The notes under the pieces are model-generated. The model was not told the DNA's origin. It made no database searches and was given only the letters and a program-made list of their open reading frames with translations. This document shows positions 31,009 through 41,248 of a DNA stretch of 64,000 nucleotides, in pieces. The stretch is from positions 2,592,001-2,656,000 of the forward strand of contig OY760907.1 of assembly GCA_963664195.1 (NCBI GenBank). Direction: 5' to 3'. The stretch is from an uncultured candidate division Zixibacteria bacterium. Lineage in GTDB: Bacteria > Zixibacteria > MSB-5A5 > GN15 > FEB-12. Each line of letters starts with the position of its first letter. Positions within the stretch are counted from its first letter, which is position 1. The position numbers were made by a program, and so were the translations under genes.

Positions 31009-31131
31009 GTAGGTCAGACCTGTCTTCAGGCCTGACGGAAAGGATAGAATCCCGCGGATTCGCCAATGAATCGACAGGTTCGGTCTTCGCAGGGTGGGTC
31101 AACGCCACAAGTGGCTGTCTTCGAACCCGCC
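31009..31131 (+). repeat. GTAG-tagged REP cluster
   Basis: GTAGGTCAGACCTGTCTTCAGGCCTGAC, and GCAGGGTGGGTC[15 bp insert]TGTCTTCGAACCCGCC. Confidence 0.75.
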
Positions 31132-31187
31132 AGGCTAAGAGCGGATTCTTCTGGCCCGGGGAGGTAGAAAAAATGTATACTGATACC

Positions 31188-32141
31188 ATGAACAGCAGTG
31201 ACTATTACAAGGCTCTCGGGGTATCCGAAAGCGCGGACAAGGCCGAGATCAAAAAAGTCTTTCGTCGGCTGGCCAAGAAGTATCATCCGGACCGCAATCC
31301 GGGGGACGCGGCGGCCGAGGCGAGATTCAAGGAAATCTCGGAGGCATACGAGACGCTTTCCGATGAGAAGAAGCGGGCCGAGTATGACACGATGCGACGC
31401 TACGGTGCGTTCCAGGGCGGACCGACCGGAGGGTTTTCCGGCAATCCGTTCGGAGCGGGCGGCGGGTTTGATTTCAGTCAGTTCGCCGGCGGCGGTCGTC
31501 CGGGGGGCGGATCGCGTACGTTCAGTTTTGGTACCGGCGGAGGGGTGGACATAAGCGATCTCTTCTCGCAGATTCTCGGCGGGCAGGGGGGAGCTTCGCC
31601 GTTTGGCGGACGTCCGAAAGCGACGCGTCGTCGCTCGCGCAATCGGGGATCGGATGTCTCGGCGATTGTCACAATCAGTTTCATGGAATCGATCCAGGGT
31701 ACCACCCGGATGATCCAGACTCGCGATAAGGGCCAGAAACTTGCGGTGAAGATACCGGCCGGGATCAATCATAACGGGAAAATCCGGCTTGCGGGACAGG
31801 GGCACTTCGGAAGCTACGGCGGCGAAAGAGGCAACCTGATTATAACGGTGAAAGTGATGAAAGATCAGAACTTTGAGCGCAAAGGCAATGACATCTACTC
31901 CTCGGTTGAGATTTCGTTCATCGAGGCGATTAAGGGCTGCAAAAAGAACGTAAAAACACTCACGCGTACAGTGGCACTGACGATACCTCCGGGCACTCAG
32001 CCCGGCGCGAACATGCGGCTCAAGGGGATGGGGCTGGCGGTCGGCGACAAAAACGGCGATCAATACGTGACCATCAACGTGACGATTCCGAAGACGCTCA
32101 CCGAGCAGCAGGAGAAGTTGCTGGATGAGTGGGAGGGATAG
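31188..32141 (+). CDS. DnaJ-class (type II, CbpA-like) co-chaperone
   Basis: DYY..LGV, HPD, G/F-rich linker, C-terminal domain; no CxxCxGxG zinc finger. Confidence 0.92.
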   Translation: MNSSDYYKALGVSESADKAEIKKVFRRLAKKYHPDRNPGDAAAEARFKEISEAYETLSDEKKRAEYDTMRRYGAFQGGPTGGFSGNPFGAGGGFDFSQFAGGGRPGGGSRTFSFGTGGGVDISDLFSQILGGQGGASPFGGRPKATRRRSRNRGSDVSAIVTISFMESIQGTTRMIQTRDKGQKLAVKIPAGINHNGKIRLAGQGHFGSYGGERGNLIITVKVMKDQNFERKGNDIYSSVEISFIEAIKGCKKNVKTLTRTVALTIPPGTQPGANMRLKGMGLAVGDKNGDQYVTINVTIPKTLTEQQEKLLDEWEG

Positions 32142-32152
32142 TGGGTCTCATT

Positions 32153-32279
32153 GTAGGTCAGGCCTGTCCTCAGGCCTGACGCCAGTGACGAAACCACAGG
32201 GCAACACGGTTGCGTTGGTTTCGACCTACAAAATATCCGCGGCTCCGCAGTGCATCCTTCCACAAGTTCAGGATGACGG
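32153..32279. repeat. REP cluster (GTAG pair plus a reverse family A copy)
   Basis: GTAGGTCAGGCCTGTCCTCAGGCCTGAC; reverse GTAGGTCGAAACC[16 bp]CCTGTGGTTTCG; reverse CCGTCATCCTGAACTTGTGGAAGGATGCAC. Confidence 0.75.
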
Positions 32280-32323
32280 AGCCGGGACACGAAAAGAGGG
32301 ACATAGAAAGAGGGGACTAAGAT

Positions 32324-34949
32324 ATGAACATGAATAGATTCACACAGCGGTCGGCCGACGCTGTCGCGTACGCGCAGCAAATGGCGCAGTCTGAGGAACA
32401 TCCACAGATAACGCCCGAGCATTTGCTGATGGCCCTGCTTCGGCAGGAAGACGGCCTCGTACCGCAGCTTATAAAAAAGACCGGCGCTGACATAGATACC
32501 GTAGTCCATGAACTTGACGATGCCCTGAAGATGCTGCCGAAACAATCCGGCGGGCAGTTGTACCCGTCGAATGAGCTTTCGCAGGTTCTCTTCAAGGCCG
32601 AAGGGAAACTCAAGGAGTTTAAGGACGAGTACGTTTCGGTGGAGCACCTCCTGCTGGCGATTTACGACGTCAAATGCAAGGCTCAGGAGATACTCAAGAG
32701 GGCTGGAGTCACGAGTGATCTGCTGATGAAGACGCTGGCCTCGATTCGCGGCACCAGCAGAGTAACCGATCAGGACCCTGAGTCGAAGTATCAGTCGTTG
32801 GAGAAGTACTCGCGGGACCTGACCGGGATGGCCCGTGCCGGAAAGCTCGATCCGGTGATCGGCCGTGACGATGAGATTCGTCGCATAATCAAAATCCTCT
32901 CGCGCCGAACCAAGAACAATCCGGTGTTGATCGGCGAGCCGGGGACGGGCAAGACAGCGGTAGTCGAGGGTCTGGCGCTGAAGATTGCTCACGGCGAGGT
33001 GCCGGAAACGCTCAAAGACCGGCAACTGGTGGCGCTCGATATTGGCTCGCTGATAGCAGGATCGAAATTCCGCGGCGAGTTTGAGGAACGTCTCAAGACG
33101 ATCCTCAAGGAAGTCGAGGAATCCGAGGGACGGATCATTCTGTTCATCGACGAGATGCATACGATTGTGGGTGCAGGGGCGGCTGAGGGGGCACTGGATG
33201 CCTCGAACATGCTCAAGCCGGCGCTCGCACGTGGAGAGATTCGGTTCATCGGTGCGACCACACTTGATGAGTACCGCAAGCACATCGAAAAAGACGCCGC
33301 TCTGGAGCGTCGGTTCGCGCCCGTGTTGATCGAGCAACCGTCGGTAGAAGATACGGTGTCTATTCTTCGCGGCATTCGTGAGCGCTACGAAGTATTCCAC
33401 GGCATCAAGATATCGGACGGGGCTATTGTCGCAGCGGCGAAACTCTCAGATAGGTACATCGCAGACCGATTCCTGCCAGACAAAGCAATTGATCTGATTG
33501 ACGAAGCCGCCGCGGAGTTGCGCATTTCGATTGACTCCATGCCGGAAGAACTGGATGCGGTTGAGAAGCGTATCCGTCAGTTGGAGATCGAAAAGGAAGG
33601 CGTCAAGCAGGAGAAGGATGCTCCGGAACGGCTGAAACCCATCGAAGAGGAATTGTCCGGGCTGTACGTGCAGCGTGATGACCTGAGTACGCAGTGGCAC
33701 AAAGAGAAGGAGACGGTCGACACAATTCGCTCGATTAAAGCTGAAATCGAACAGGACAAGCACCGGGTCGAAGAAGCAGAGCGGAACGCCGATTTCGAAA
33801 CCGCAGCACGGATTAAATACGGCGATATCTCCGACGCTGAGAAGAAACTCGAGCTTCTGACGCACTCGTTGACCGTGATTCAGGAGAAACGGCAGCTATT
33901 GAAAGAAGTCGTCGATGCCGAAGACATCGCCGAGATTGTTGCAAAATGGACAGGCATCCCGGTGACGCGTTTATCCGAGTCAGAATCGGAGAAGTTGCTC
34001 CGTCTTGAAGACGAGTTGCACAATCGTGTGATCGGGCAGGACGAAGCGGTAATCGCTGTTGCCAATGCTGTTCGTCAGTCGAGAGCGGGATTGTCCGATC
34101 CCAATCGACCGATTGGCTCGTTTATATTTCTGGGTCCGACAGGGGTTGGCAAGACAGAACTTGCTCGTACGCTGGCCGACTTTCTGTACGGAAGCGAGGA
34201 TGCGATGATACGTCTGGACATGTCGGAATACATGGAGAAGCACTCGGTTTCTCGTTTAGTCGGGGCACCTCCGGGGTATGTCGGTTATGATGAGGGCGGA
34301 CAATTGACCGAAGCGGTTCGTCGACGTCCGTACGCGGTTGTTTTGCTGGACGAAATCGAAAAGGCGCATCCGGATGTTTTCAATATCCTGCTGCAAGTGC
34401 TTGAGGACGGAAGGCTGACGGATAACAAAGGGCGCACGGTTTCGTTTCAAGAACACGATCTTGATAATGACGTCGAATATCGCGGCGGAGTACATTCAGC
34501 GCGAATCGACGAATATAGGTGAGTTCAACCGGGAGGTCGTCTACGAGAATATCCGTAAGAACGTGCTGGAGACATTGCGTCAGTCGCTTAGACCGGAGTT
34601 CCTGAACCGTATTGATGAGACTATAGTCTTCAGCTCGCTGGTCCCGGATGAGATCAAGCAGATTGTCGAGCTGCAACTCGGACACTTGCGCGGCTTGTTG
34701 GAGGAGAAAGACGTCACGCTGGGCGTCACAGACGTTGCCATCACGCACATTGCCGAGGCGTCGTTTGATCAGACTTATGGTGCGCGTCCGATCAAGCGGT
34801 ACATCAACCGTGAGTTGAGCCAACGGGTTGCGAAGATGATGCTGGCCGGCGAGTTGCAGCCGGGCGAGTGTCTGACGGTCGACGCGGCTGACGGTACACT
34901 TACGTTGTCTTCTGAGCGCAGTCAGGAGGGTGAGGAAGTGACGGCGTAG
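32324..34949 (+). pseudogene. clpB: ClpB chaperone with a single +1 frameshift near 34445 (true lesion or sequencing error)
   Basis: N-domain, GEPGTGKT, M-domain coiled coil, [14 protein letters not shown] continues as [10 protein letters not shown]...RPEFLNRID...YGARPI only if one T of TTT 34445-47 is removed. Confidence 0.9.
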
Positions 34950-35028
34950 GGGCAACCTGCGGCGAGGAGCGGACGTAAGGAAAGAATATGGGCATTGTAC
35001 GGACGACTTGCTTGAAGCCTGATCTTTC

Positions 35029-35182
35029 GTAGGGAAGGTTTGTCTTCAAACCTGCCACATCCGAAACCGAACCTTGTGGTTCGGCCCTTTCCGGCAGGTC
35101 TGAAGACAGCCACTCGTGGCGTTGACCCGCCCTATGAGAATCGGTGCAATGAGAGTCAGGCCAGAAGACAGGCCTGACCTAC
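35029..35182. repeat. GTAG-tagged REP cluster (inverted pair plus third copy)
   Basis: GTAGGGAAGGTTTGTCTTCAAACCTGCC ... GGCAGGTCTGAAGACA[15 bp]GACCCGCCCTAT ... GTCAGGCCAGAAGACAGGCCTGACCTAC. Confidence 0.78.
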
Positions 35183-35219
35183 AATTGGCAGTTGCACATA
35201 ACCACAACGGAGCAATCGC

Positions 35220-35807
35220 ATGACCGATCTTCCCTGGCCGCAGAGATTGAAAAACGCCCTCCAAGGGCATCTCGACGAAGCATTGATTGAGCGCATTGTC
35301 GAGGGTGGCGAAGAGCTTGAATCGCTTGAGGCCAAGGCTCAATGGACCAAAGACACAATGGAGCGTCTTGACGCCCTCGTCCCCGATGAGGCTGCTCGAA
35401 TTGACATTATGGGTAAGTGTTCCTGTTCCTGTGCGATTGGTGCGACGGTAGAGTTGAAAGCGATTTACGAGAAAACGGGTGATATCGATGCCGTGCTTGA
35501 GGCCTCGTATCGCAACCCGTTCTACAACAAACCTCGCCGTGAGGGGAACACGGTTTACATCACGAAAGTCCCCGCTCACCCGGACGAGTTTGCAGCAGCG
35601 AAAACGGCGCAGGAGAGACGTCGTGCGTTCTGTCATTGTGAATACGTTCGGGCCGCAACCGACGAAATCTCGCAGACGTTCTGCTATTGCGGAGCGGGTT
35701 GGTTCAAGAACATCTTCGAAGAAATACTGGGACGTTCGGTGAAGGTGAAGTTCTCGAAATCAATCCTGAAGGGTGACGATGTCTGCGAGGTGGCGATAGA
35801 GTTATGA
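35220..35807 (+). CDS. Cys-rich DUF6144-like protein
   Basis: CSCSC, CHC, FCYCGAGW, SILKGDDVC motifs. Confidence 0.65.
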   Translation: MTDLPWPQRLKNALQGHLDEALIERIVEGGEELESLEAKAQWTKDTMERLDALVPDEAARIDIMGKCSCSCAIGATVELKAIYEKTGDIDAVLEASYRNPFYNKPRREGNTVYITKVPAHPDEFAAAKTAQERRRAFCHCEYVRAATDEISQTFCYCGAGWFKNIFEEILGRSVKVKFSKSILKGDDVCEVAIEL

Positions 35808-35938
35808 CGCTAATGGTTTCAAACCGTTTCCCCATTGTACGTCAAGTCCTCTGCGGTTTTGACGGGGGAGAAATGTCGAAACTGCAGGAGTTTCGACCTA
35901 CCATTCTCATGTACAAGCGGTGAAACGGACATAGCCCT

Positions 35939-36247
35939 ATGCCACAGACCTTTCATCAGCGAGCGATAGCCGCGATCAAAAAGATCCCTGAGGGGAATGT
36001 CGCCACCTACGGGCAGATAGCCGCAATGGCCGGTAGTCCGCGCGGTGCACGTCAGGTAGTGCGGGTGCTGAACTCGTCCTCGGAGAAAGAGGGGTTGCCC
36101 TGGCACCGCGTGATCAATCGCGAAGGAAAGATATCGCTCAAACCCGGTGATGGCTACGAGTTGCAGAAGGCTCTGCTCGAAGACGAAGGCGTTGTGTTCG
36201 GTCTGGAAGACCGCGTTGACATGAAGCGGTTTCAGTGGTCGCCGTGA
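35939..36247 (+). CDS. Alkyltransferase-like protein (ATL, MGMT family)
   Basis: IPEG.VATYGQIA, ARQV, and PWHRV (Trp in place of the catalytic Cys). Confidence 0.9.
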   Translation: MPQTFHQRAIAAIKKIPEGNVATYGQIAAMAGSPRGARQVVRVLNSSSEKEGLPWHRVINREGKISLKPGDGYELQKALLEDEGVVFGLEDRVDMKRFQWSP

Positions 36248-36263
36248 GAGGGAAATGGGAATC

Positions 36264-36331
36264 GGGTGGCCGGTTCAAACTTGTTTGGGCCGGGTTCACG
36301 TCCCCTCCAAACAAGTTTGAAGGGGCCACCC
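36264..36331. repeat. 68 bp long-hairpin repeat, family C
   Basis: GGGTGGCC.GTTCAAACTTGTTTGG...CCAAACAAGTTTGAA.GGCCACCC; inverted near-copy at 59185-59252; half copies at 19005 and 61332. Confidence 0.85.
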
Positions 36332-36350
36332 AGACAAGAGTTTCGACACA

Positions 36351-36923
36351 TTACCGTGCGCCGAGTTGTCTGATTGGGAGCGCTTTGAATCTTTCCAACA
36401 CGCTTATGAAGATTTCTTCCGCTTTGAATCGCGGAACGTTTTCAGAAATCACCAACTCAAAGATAATCATCTCAGTCGTGCCGTTGTAATATGAGATCAT
36501 CACGTTCGGCAGGAACAGTCGCTGGTTGTTGATGTAGAACGTCGGGATCGCGCTGCCGCTGGCGGCGAACACAGAATCGGTCGGTCGTATAGTCACGGTT
36601 TCCCCGAAATGCTCGCGTACGCTGAGCGTGTCCTGCGTGATGGCGTCGTTGAAGTCCAGCCCGCGAATCTTGTAAAAATTGACCCCGATCATTATGTCGG
36701 CATCCTCGAAGGACTCACCTTCGGGAACGAAGGCGCAGGAGTAACCGTCGGAACCGGCTTCTTCGATCACCATCTTGAATCCGTTCGGGGCATAGATGAT
36801 GTAGTTCAGCGTTTCCCCCTGATAGTAGGCGGTATTGCTGTCGAGGGTCTTTTCGGTCGTGTACGCAGACAGACCGGGGCAGAGGACCATGACCATGACT
36901 GAAGCGAGCAGAATATTCCTCAT
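36351..36923 (-). CDS. Exported hypothetical protein
   Basis: Signal peptide; 190 aa; AGGA RBS. Confidence 0.7.
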   Translation of the reverse strand: MRNILLASVMVMVLCPGLSAYTTEKTLDSNTAYYQGETLNYIIYAPNGFKMVIEEAGSDGYSCAFVPEGESFEDADIMIGVNFYKIRGLDFNDAITQDTLSVREHFGETVTIRPTDSVFAASGSAIPTFYINNQRLFLPNVMISYYNGTTEMIIFELVISENVPRFKAEEIFISVLERFKALPIRQLGAR

Positions 36924-37020
36924 ATCCTGCTATTATCGGACGCCTTTGACCGGCCGCTTAGCAGTCCAGTATGAAAGCCTTCGTATGGACTGAAGACTGT
37001 ACAAAAAATGCCCTCAAAGC

Positions 37021-37049
37021 TTGTTTTGGGCATTCTGTTGCTGTATAAT
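37021..37049 (+). promoter_or_regulatory. Sigma-70 promoter of the HMG-CoA synthase operon
   Basis: TTGTTT-17 bp-TATAAT. Confidence 0.55.
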
Positions 37050-37126
37050 AACTTGACAATTCACGCCAGACGACTAGCGCGTTATAGCACGGTCACAGGT
37101 ACAACTTAAACACATAGAGGTATAGT

Positions 37127-38176
37127 ATGGCAGGAATAGTTGGCTATGGTGCCCACTTGCCAAGGCACCGCATCAAGGTCGAGGAGATTGCCAAAGTCTG
37201 GGGCGCAGATGCACCCAGTTACAAGAAAGGCCTCATGCTGCGGGAGAAATCCGTTCCCCCGCCAGATATGGACACGATCACGCTTGCGGTGGAGGCAACC
37301 AAAAACGCCTTCCGGCGCTCGGGCGGTGTTGATCCGGCGGAGATCGGAGCGATCTACATCGGATCGGAATCGCACCCGTATGCCGTGAAACCCTCAGGCA
37401 CGACAGTCGCGGAGGCGATGGGCTGTACGCCGCATTTGCACTGTGCCGATTTTGAGTTTGCCTGTAAGGCCGGATCTGAAGCGATGTATGTCGCTATGTC
37501 CCATGTGGACGCCGGCCAGATGGATTACGCGCTTGCAATTGCTGCCGATACCTCCCAGGGTGCTCCCTCGGATGCACTGGAGTTCTCCGCTGCCGCCGGT
37601 GCCGGGGCGTTCATTATGGGCAGAGATAATCTGATTGCCGAATCCGTATTCACACACTCCTATATGACTGATATGCCGGATTTCTGGCGTCGTGAACACG
37701 AATTCTACCCGCAGCACGCGGGACGGTTCACCGGTGAGGAAGCCTATTTCGCGACCACCAAAGGCGCTTCGGAAGCGATTCTCGAAAAGTCCGGCATGAA
37801 GCCGGCAGATTTCAAATACGCCATCTTCCACCAGCCCAACGGCAAGTTCCCCCAGCGTGTATCACGCCAACTTGGCTTCACACAGGAACAGATCGACCCC
37901 GGCTGGCTTGCACCGAGACTGGGTAACACCTACTCGGGTGCCTCGCCGATCGGCCTGACGGCTACGCTCGATGTTGCCGATCCGGGTGATTACATCTTCA
38001 TGTGTTCCTACGGTTCCGGTGCTGGCTCTGACGCCTTCATCTGGAGAGTGACCGACCGCATCAACGAGGTGCGCGATCTGGCCGTGCGGACGCACAAGCT
38101 GTTGGACGAAAACGTGACCTATGTCGATTACGGCACCTATGCCAAGTATCGCCATAAGATCAAGAAGAACTTCTAA
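37127..38176 (+). CDS. Hydroxymethylglutaryl-CoA synthase, archaeal type
   Basis: [18 protein letters not shown] (catalytic Cys), [24 protein letters not shown] motifs. Confidence 0.92.
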   Translation: MAGIVGYGAHLPRHRIKVEEIAKVWGADAPSYKKGLMLREKSVPPPDMDTITLAVEATKNAFRRSGGVDPAEIGAIYIGSESHPYAVKPSGTTVAEAMGCTPHLHCADFEFACKAGSEAMYVAMSHVDAGQMDYALAIAADTSQGAPSDALEFSAAAGAGAFIMGRDNLIAESVFTHSYMTDMPDFWRREHEFYPQHAGRFTGEEAYFATTKGASEAILEKSGMKPADFKYAIFHQPNGKFPQRVSRQLGFTQEQIDPGWLAPRLGNTYSGASPIGLTATLDVADPGDYIFMCSYGSGAGSDAFIWRVTDRINEVRDLAVRTHKLLDENVTYVDYGTYAKYRHKIKKNF

Positions 38177-38192
38177 GGGAGGTGAGACGACT

Positions 38193-39353
38193 ATGAGAGA
38201 AGTCTGTGTAGTAGGCGTCGGCATGAGCAAATGGGGAGAGGTCTGGAAACAGTCCCTTCGCGACCTGTTTGTCGACGCGGCAACTAATGCTATAGATAAT
38301 TCGGGAGTCGATCACCTCGATTCTCTTTACGTGGGCTGTATGTCCGGCGGCCTGTTTGTCGGACAGGAGCACCTCGGTGCGCTCTGCGCCGACTACCTGG
38401 GCATGCCCGGTCTTCCGGCGTGTCGTGTGGAGTCGGCCTGCGCCTCCGGCGGTATGGCTATGCGGGCGGCGTTTTTCGAGGTTGGCTCGGGCGCTTCGGA
38501 TATCGTCATGGCCTCCGGTGTGGAGAAAATGACCGACTGCGATGGCGACACTGCCACGTACGCGTTGGCGACTGCCGCCGATCAGGAATACGAAGTATTC
38601 CACGGTGCGACATTCCCCGGCCTGTACGCGATGATGGCTCACGCGCACATGGCAAAGTACGGCACGACGAGAGATATGCTCTCGGCGGTGGCGGTGAAGA
38701 ACCACAAGAACGGCGCAAAGAATCCGGTTGCACAGTATCCGTTTGAGATTACGATGGAAGGTGTGGCGAATTCAGTAATGATCGCTGATCCTCTCCACAT
38801 TTTGGATTGTTCGCCGATTACTGACGGTGCCGCGGCGGTTATCGTCTGCACCGAAGAGGTAGCCAAAAAGCTCGGCAAGCCGTACATCCGCGTAACAGGG
38901 TGCGGAGTTGGCACTGATACTATCGCTCTGGCTCAGCGTGCTGATATGACCACGATCAAGGCCTCGACCATCGCTGCCGAAAAGGCGCTGAAGATGGCCG
39001 GCAGGAAGATCGAGGATATTCAGTTTGCCGAGATGCACGACTGCTTCACGATTGCGGAGATCATGATTTCCGAGGCAATCGGCAAGTTTGCACCGGGCAA
39101 GGCGGGTCCGGCGATTCTTGCGGGCGAAACCTCGCTTGAGGGAAGTTTCCCGACCAACTCGTCCGGCGGTCTCAAATGTAAGGGACACCCGGTCGGAGCC
39201 ACGGGCGTGGCGCAGATCGTGGAATGCTTCAAGCAGTTGACGGGCGTGGCTGAGAACGGTCGTCAGATTCCGAACTCGCCGAAAATCGGTATGGCGCAAA
39301 ACATGGGTGGAACCGGCGCATCATCGACCGTGCACATCCTGGAGGTGGCCTGA
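38193..39353 (+). CDS. Acetoacetyl-CoA thiolase, archaeal/SCP-x type
   Basis: [46 protein letters not shown] motifs. Confidence 0.92.
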   Translation: MREVCVVGVGMSKWGEVWKQSLRDLFVDAATNAIDNSGVDHLDSLYVGCMSGGLFVGQEHLGALCADYLGMPGLPACRVESACASGGMAMRAAFFEVGSGASDIVMASGVEKMTDCDGDTATYALATAADQEYEVFHGATFPGLYAMMAHAHMAKYGTTRDMLSAVAVKNHKNGAKNPVAQYPFEITMEGVANSVMIADPLHILDCSPITDGAAAVIVCTEEVAKKLGKPYIRVTGCGVGTDTIALAQRADMTTIKASTIAAEKALKMAGRKIEDIQFAEMHDCFTIAEIMISEAIGKFAPGKAGPAILAGETSLEGSFPTNSSGGLKCKGHPVGATGVAQIVECFKQLTGVAENGRQIPNSPKIGMAQNMGGTGASSTVHILEVA

Positions 39354-39754
39354 TGTCTCAATTTAGTTCTCGAGTATGGCGTGAGTATCCGCAGCGGTAC
39401 CGTCTCGAAGCGACCAAGTTCGCCAAGAGCGGCAAGACCTATTTCCCGCCGCGGAAGGTTGATCCTGAGACCGGCGACACCAATTGTAAAACGGTCAAGC
39501 TGCCGGAGTTCGGCAAGATTGTCACGTTCACGGTCATCCGGGTCGCCCCGGGGCAGTGGAGTGATATGTCACCGTACGCTATCGCAGTGGCGGAGATGAC
39601 CGACGGTACTAAACTGATGGCGCAGATGACTGACTGTGACGTCGACGAAGTCAAGATCGGCATGGAGGTACGGATTGAGTTCCGTCGTCTCCAAACCGAG
39701 GGCGACTCGGGCGTGATCAGCTACGGCTACAAGTTCGTCCCGAAGTGGTACTAG
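39353..39754 (+). CDS. DUF35 OB-fold scaffold protein
   Basis: WREYPQRYRL, YFPPR, PYAIA, IGMEV..FRR, YGYKF; TGATG coupling to the thiolase. Confidence 0.9.
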   Translation: MSQFSSRVWREYPQRYRLEATKFAKSGKTYFPPRKVDPETGDTNCKTVKLPEFGKIVTFTVIRVAPGQWSDMSPYAIAVAEMTDGTKLMAQMTDCDVDEVKIGMEVRIEFRRLQTEGDSGVISYGYKFVPKWY

Positions 39755-39792
39755 GCACTCGCGCCTTTCACGCTTCGCGATGTAGTATGAGT

Positions 39793-40060
39793 AAGTCAGG
39801 CTGAGCTTGTCGAAGCCTGCACCTATTAGAATACGTGACCGGCAGGGGATTATCCCCTGCCGGTTTTTTTTTGGCATTCCAATCAAGTCACGCAACCAAA
39901 CGAGTCTGTGAGCTTGTCGGAGTGTGGACCGATTGAATACGTGACCGGCAGGGAAGAATCTCCTGCCGGTTTTTCTGGGGGGATACAGTGGTGACCCATT
40001 CTTCGAGGATACACCAATCAAGTCAGGCTGAGCCTGTCGAAGCCTGCACAACTTGATTGG
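39793..40060 (+). repeat. Three family A repeats; the first two each followed by a duplicated terminator hairpin
   Basis: Units 39793-39872 and 39885-39974 share GAATACGTGACCGGCAGG..CCTGCCGGTTTTT; third copy 40014-40060 is bounded by CCAATCAAGT/ACTTGATTGG. Confidence 0.85.
39838..39872 (+). terminator. Rho-independent terminator of the HMGS operon
   Basis: ACCGGCAGGGG-ATTAT-CCCCTGCCGGT followed by a long T-run. Confidence 0.85.
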
Positions 40061-40163
40061 TTCTTCCTCGAAAAAGTGATTTCCTTTTGTAGATTCACGG
40101 GGCTATATTGGGAGGCGAAGGTGGGGGGCCTGCGCTAGACATTGATGAGGGGAGAGTCAGATA

Positions 40164-40808
40164 ATGGAGTTTGCCGCATTGGCGATTGGATGGCTACTCG
40201 GTCTTGCCAGTAACCTGCTGCACGATAGAATCCGCCAGCATCAGAAAGCAGAAAGCTTCAGTGTCGGAGTTGTGACCGAACTGATAGGTCTGAAGTCCGA
40301 GCTGTTGGCAGTCGCATATCAAATGACGTCAAAGTACGGTCAGTTCAACAAGGAGTTCCTGAGTTGGTATGTCTTGGAAGTCAAGGACTGCGAACATTCC
40401 GAGGTTCCTCCCGAGTTGTCAGACGGATTCGAGGAACTGCTTCATCGTGATGACAGGGGTCTCGAGGAGTTTGCTGCTATCTCTAGGGCTCGACCAGGGG
40501 AAGGTTCCGCTGTCAAGGAACGAGAGATACCTTTTGTTGTGTCGCAACTTGGCTCTCTGCAGCTTATGAGGCCGGAAGTGATTCGTCGGGTTCTGTGTGT
40601 GCTGAAGCAACTCCACATCTTCAACAGCACCGTGCATGAGGCTCGTACCGAGTTGAACCGGACCTTTGAGGCTTCTCTGTCCGAGGTCAATCAGCGCAGA
40701 GTGAACGAGAATCTCGACCTTTACTATCGCAAGATTGGTGAACGCGCACGTATGACCGTGACTGCAGTCGACTCCGCCTTAGCGGAACTGAATGGTGGGG
40801 CAAAGTGA
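40164..40808 (+). CDS. Hypothetical helical protein with N-terminal hydrophobic segment
   Basis: 214 aa ORF with GGGGAG RBS; no family recognised. Confidence 0.7.
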   Translation: MEFAALAIGWLLGLASNLLHDRIRQHQKAESFSVGVVTELIGLKSELLAVAYQMTSKYGQFNKEFLSWYVLEVKDCEHSEVPPELSDGFEELLHRDDRGLEEFAAISRARPGEGSAVKEREIPFVVSQLGSLQLMRPEVIRRVLCVLKQLHIFNSTVHEARTELNRTFEASLSEVNQRRVNENLDLYYRKIGERARMTVTAVDSALAELNGGAK

Positions 40809-40832
40809 GGCGGGATCAGCGGTCGGAGGCCT

Positions 40833-40930
40833 CAATCAAGTGGTGCAGACTTCGACAAGCTCAGTCTGACTTGATTGGCTTCAGAAGGCTATTAATAAGT
40901 CACGCTGAGCCTGTCGAAGTGTGGCCCTTT
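40833..40930. repeat. Back-to-back family A repeats
   Basis: Reverse copy 40833-40878 (CAATCAAGT...ACTTGATTGG), forward copy 40897-40930. Confidence 0.85.
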
Positions 40931-40951
40931 TTCTCTTGGTCCGGGGGAGTT

Positions 40952-41248
40952 GTGAAATCAGGCTGGGTTTACATAGTCAAATGTGCGGATAGTACTCTCT
41001 ACACTGGTAGCACCTCCAACCTTGAGCAAAGACTCGTACAGCATCAGACGGGGACGTTCTCCGGCTACACGTCTACGAGGTTGCCCGTGGAACTGGTGTT
41101 ATCTCAGCAGTTCGCGGACATTCGGGATGCGATTTCTGCGGAGCGACAGATCAAGGGGTGGACGAGGAAGAAGAAGGAGGCGTTGATTGCTGGGGACTAT
41201 GAGTTGTTGAAGTTGTTGGCGAAGTCCTCGGGAAGACCAATCAAGTAG
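40952..41248 (+). CDS. Small GIY-YIG nuclease (UPF0213/YhbQ-like)
   Basis: WVYIV.C.D..LYTGST..L..R..QH, P..LV, A...E.QIKGWTR.KK..LI; GTG start with GGGGGAG RBS. Confidence 0.92.
   Translation: MKSGWVYIVKCADSTLYTGSTSNLEQRLVQHQTGTFSGYTSTRLPVELVLSQQFADIRDAISAERQIKGWTRKKKEALIAGDYELLKLLAKSSGRPIK

Noticed and set aside
30981..31187. N-terminal extension of the DnaJ ORF (similarly 10133-10264 and 20552-20668)
   Set aside because: It runs through REP or promoter DNA; domain starts indicate later ATGs.
30195..32323. CIRCE heat-shock operator
   Set aside because: No TTAGCACTC-N9-GAGTGCTAA seen upstream of hsp20, dnaJ or clpB.
32060..33400. 446 aa minus-strand ORF
   Set aside because: Antisense shadow of clpB; its end is translated REP sequence.
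40805..40951. N-terminal extension of the GIY-YIG ORF
   Set aside because: It consists of repeat sequence; the RBS and domain start support GTG 40952.
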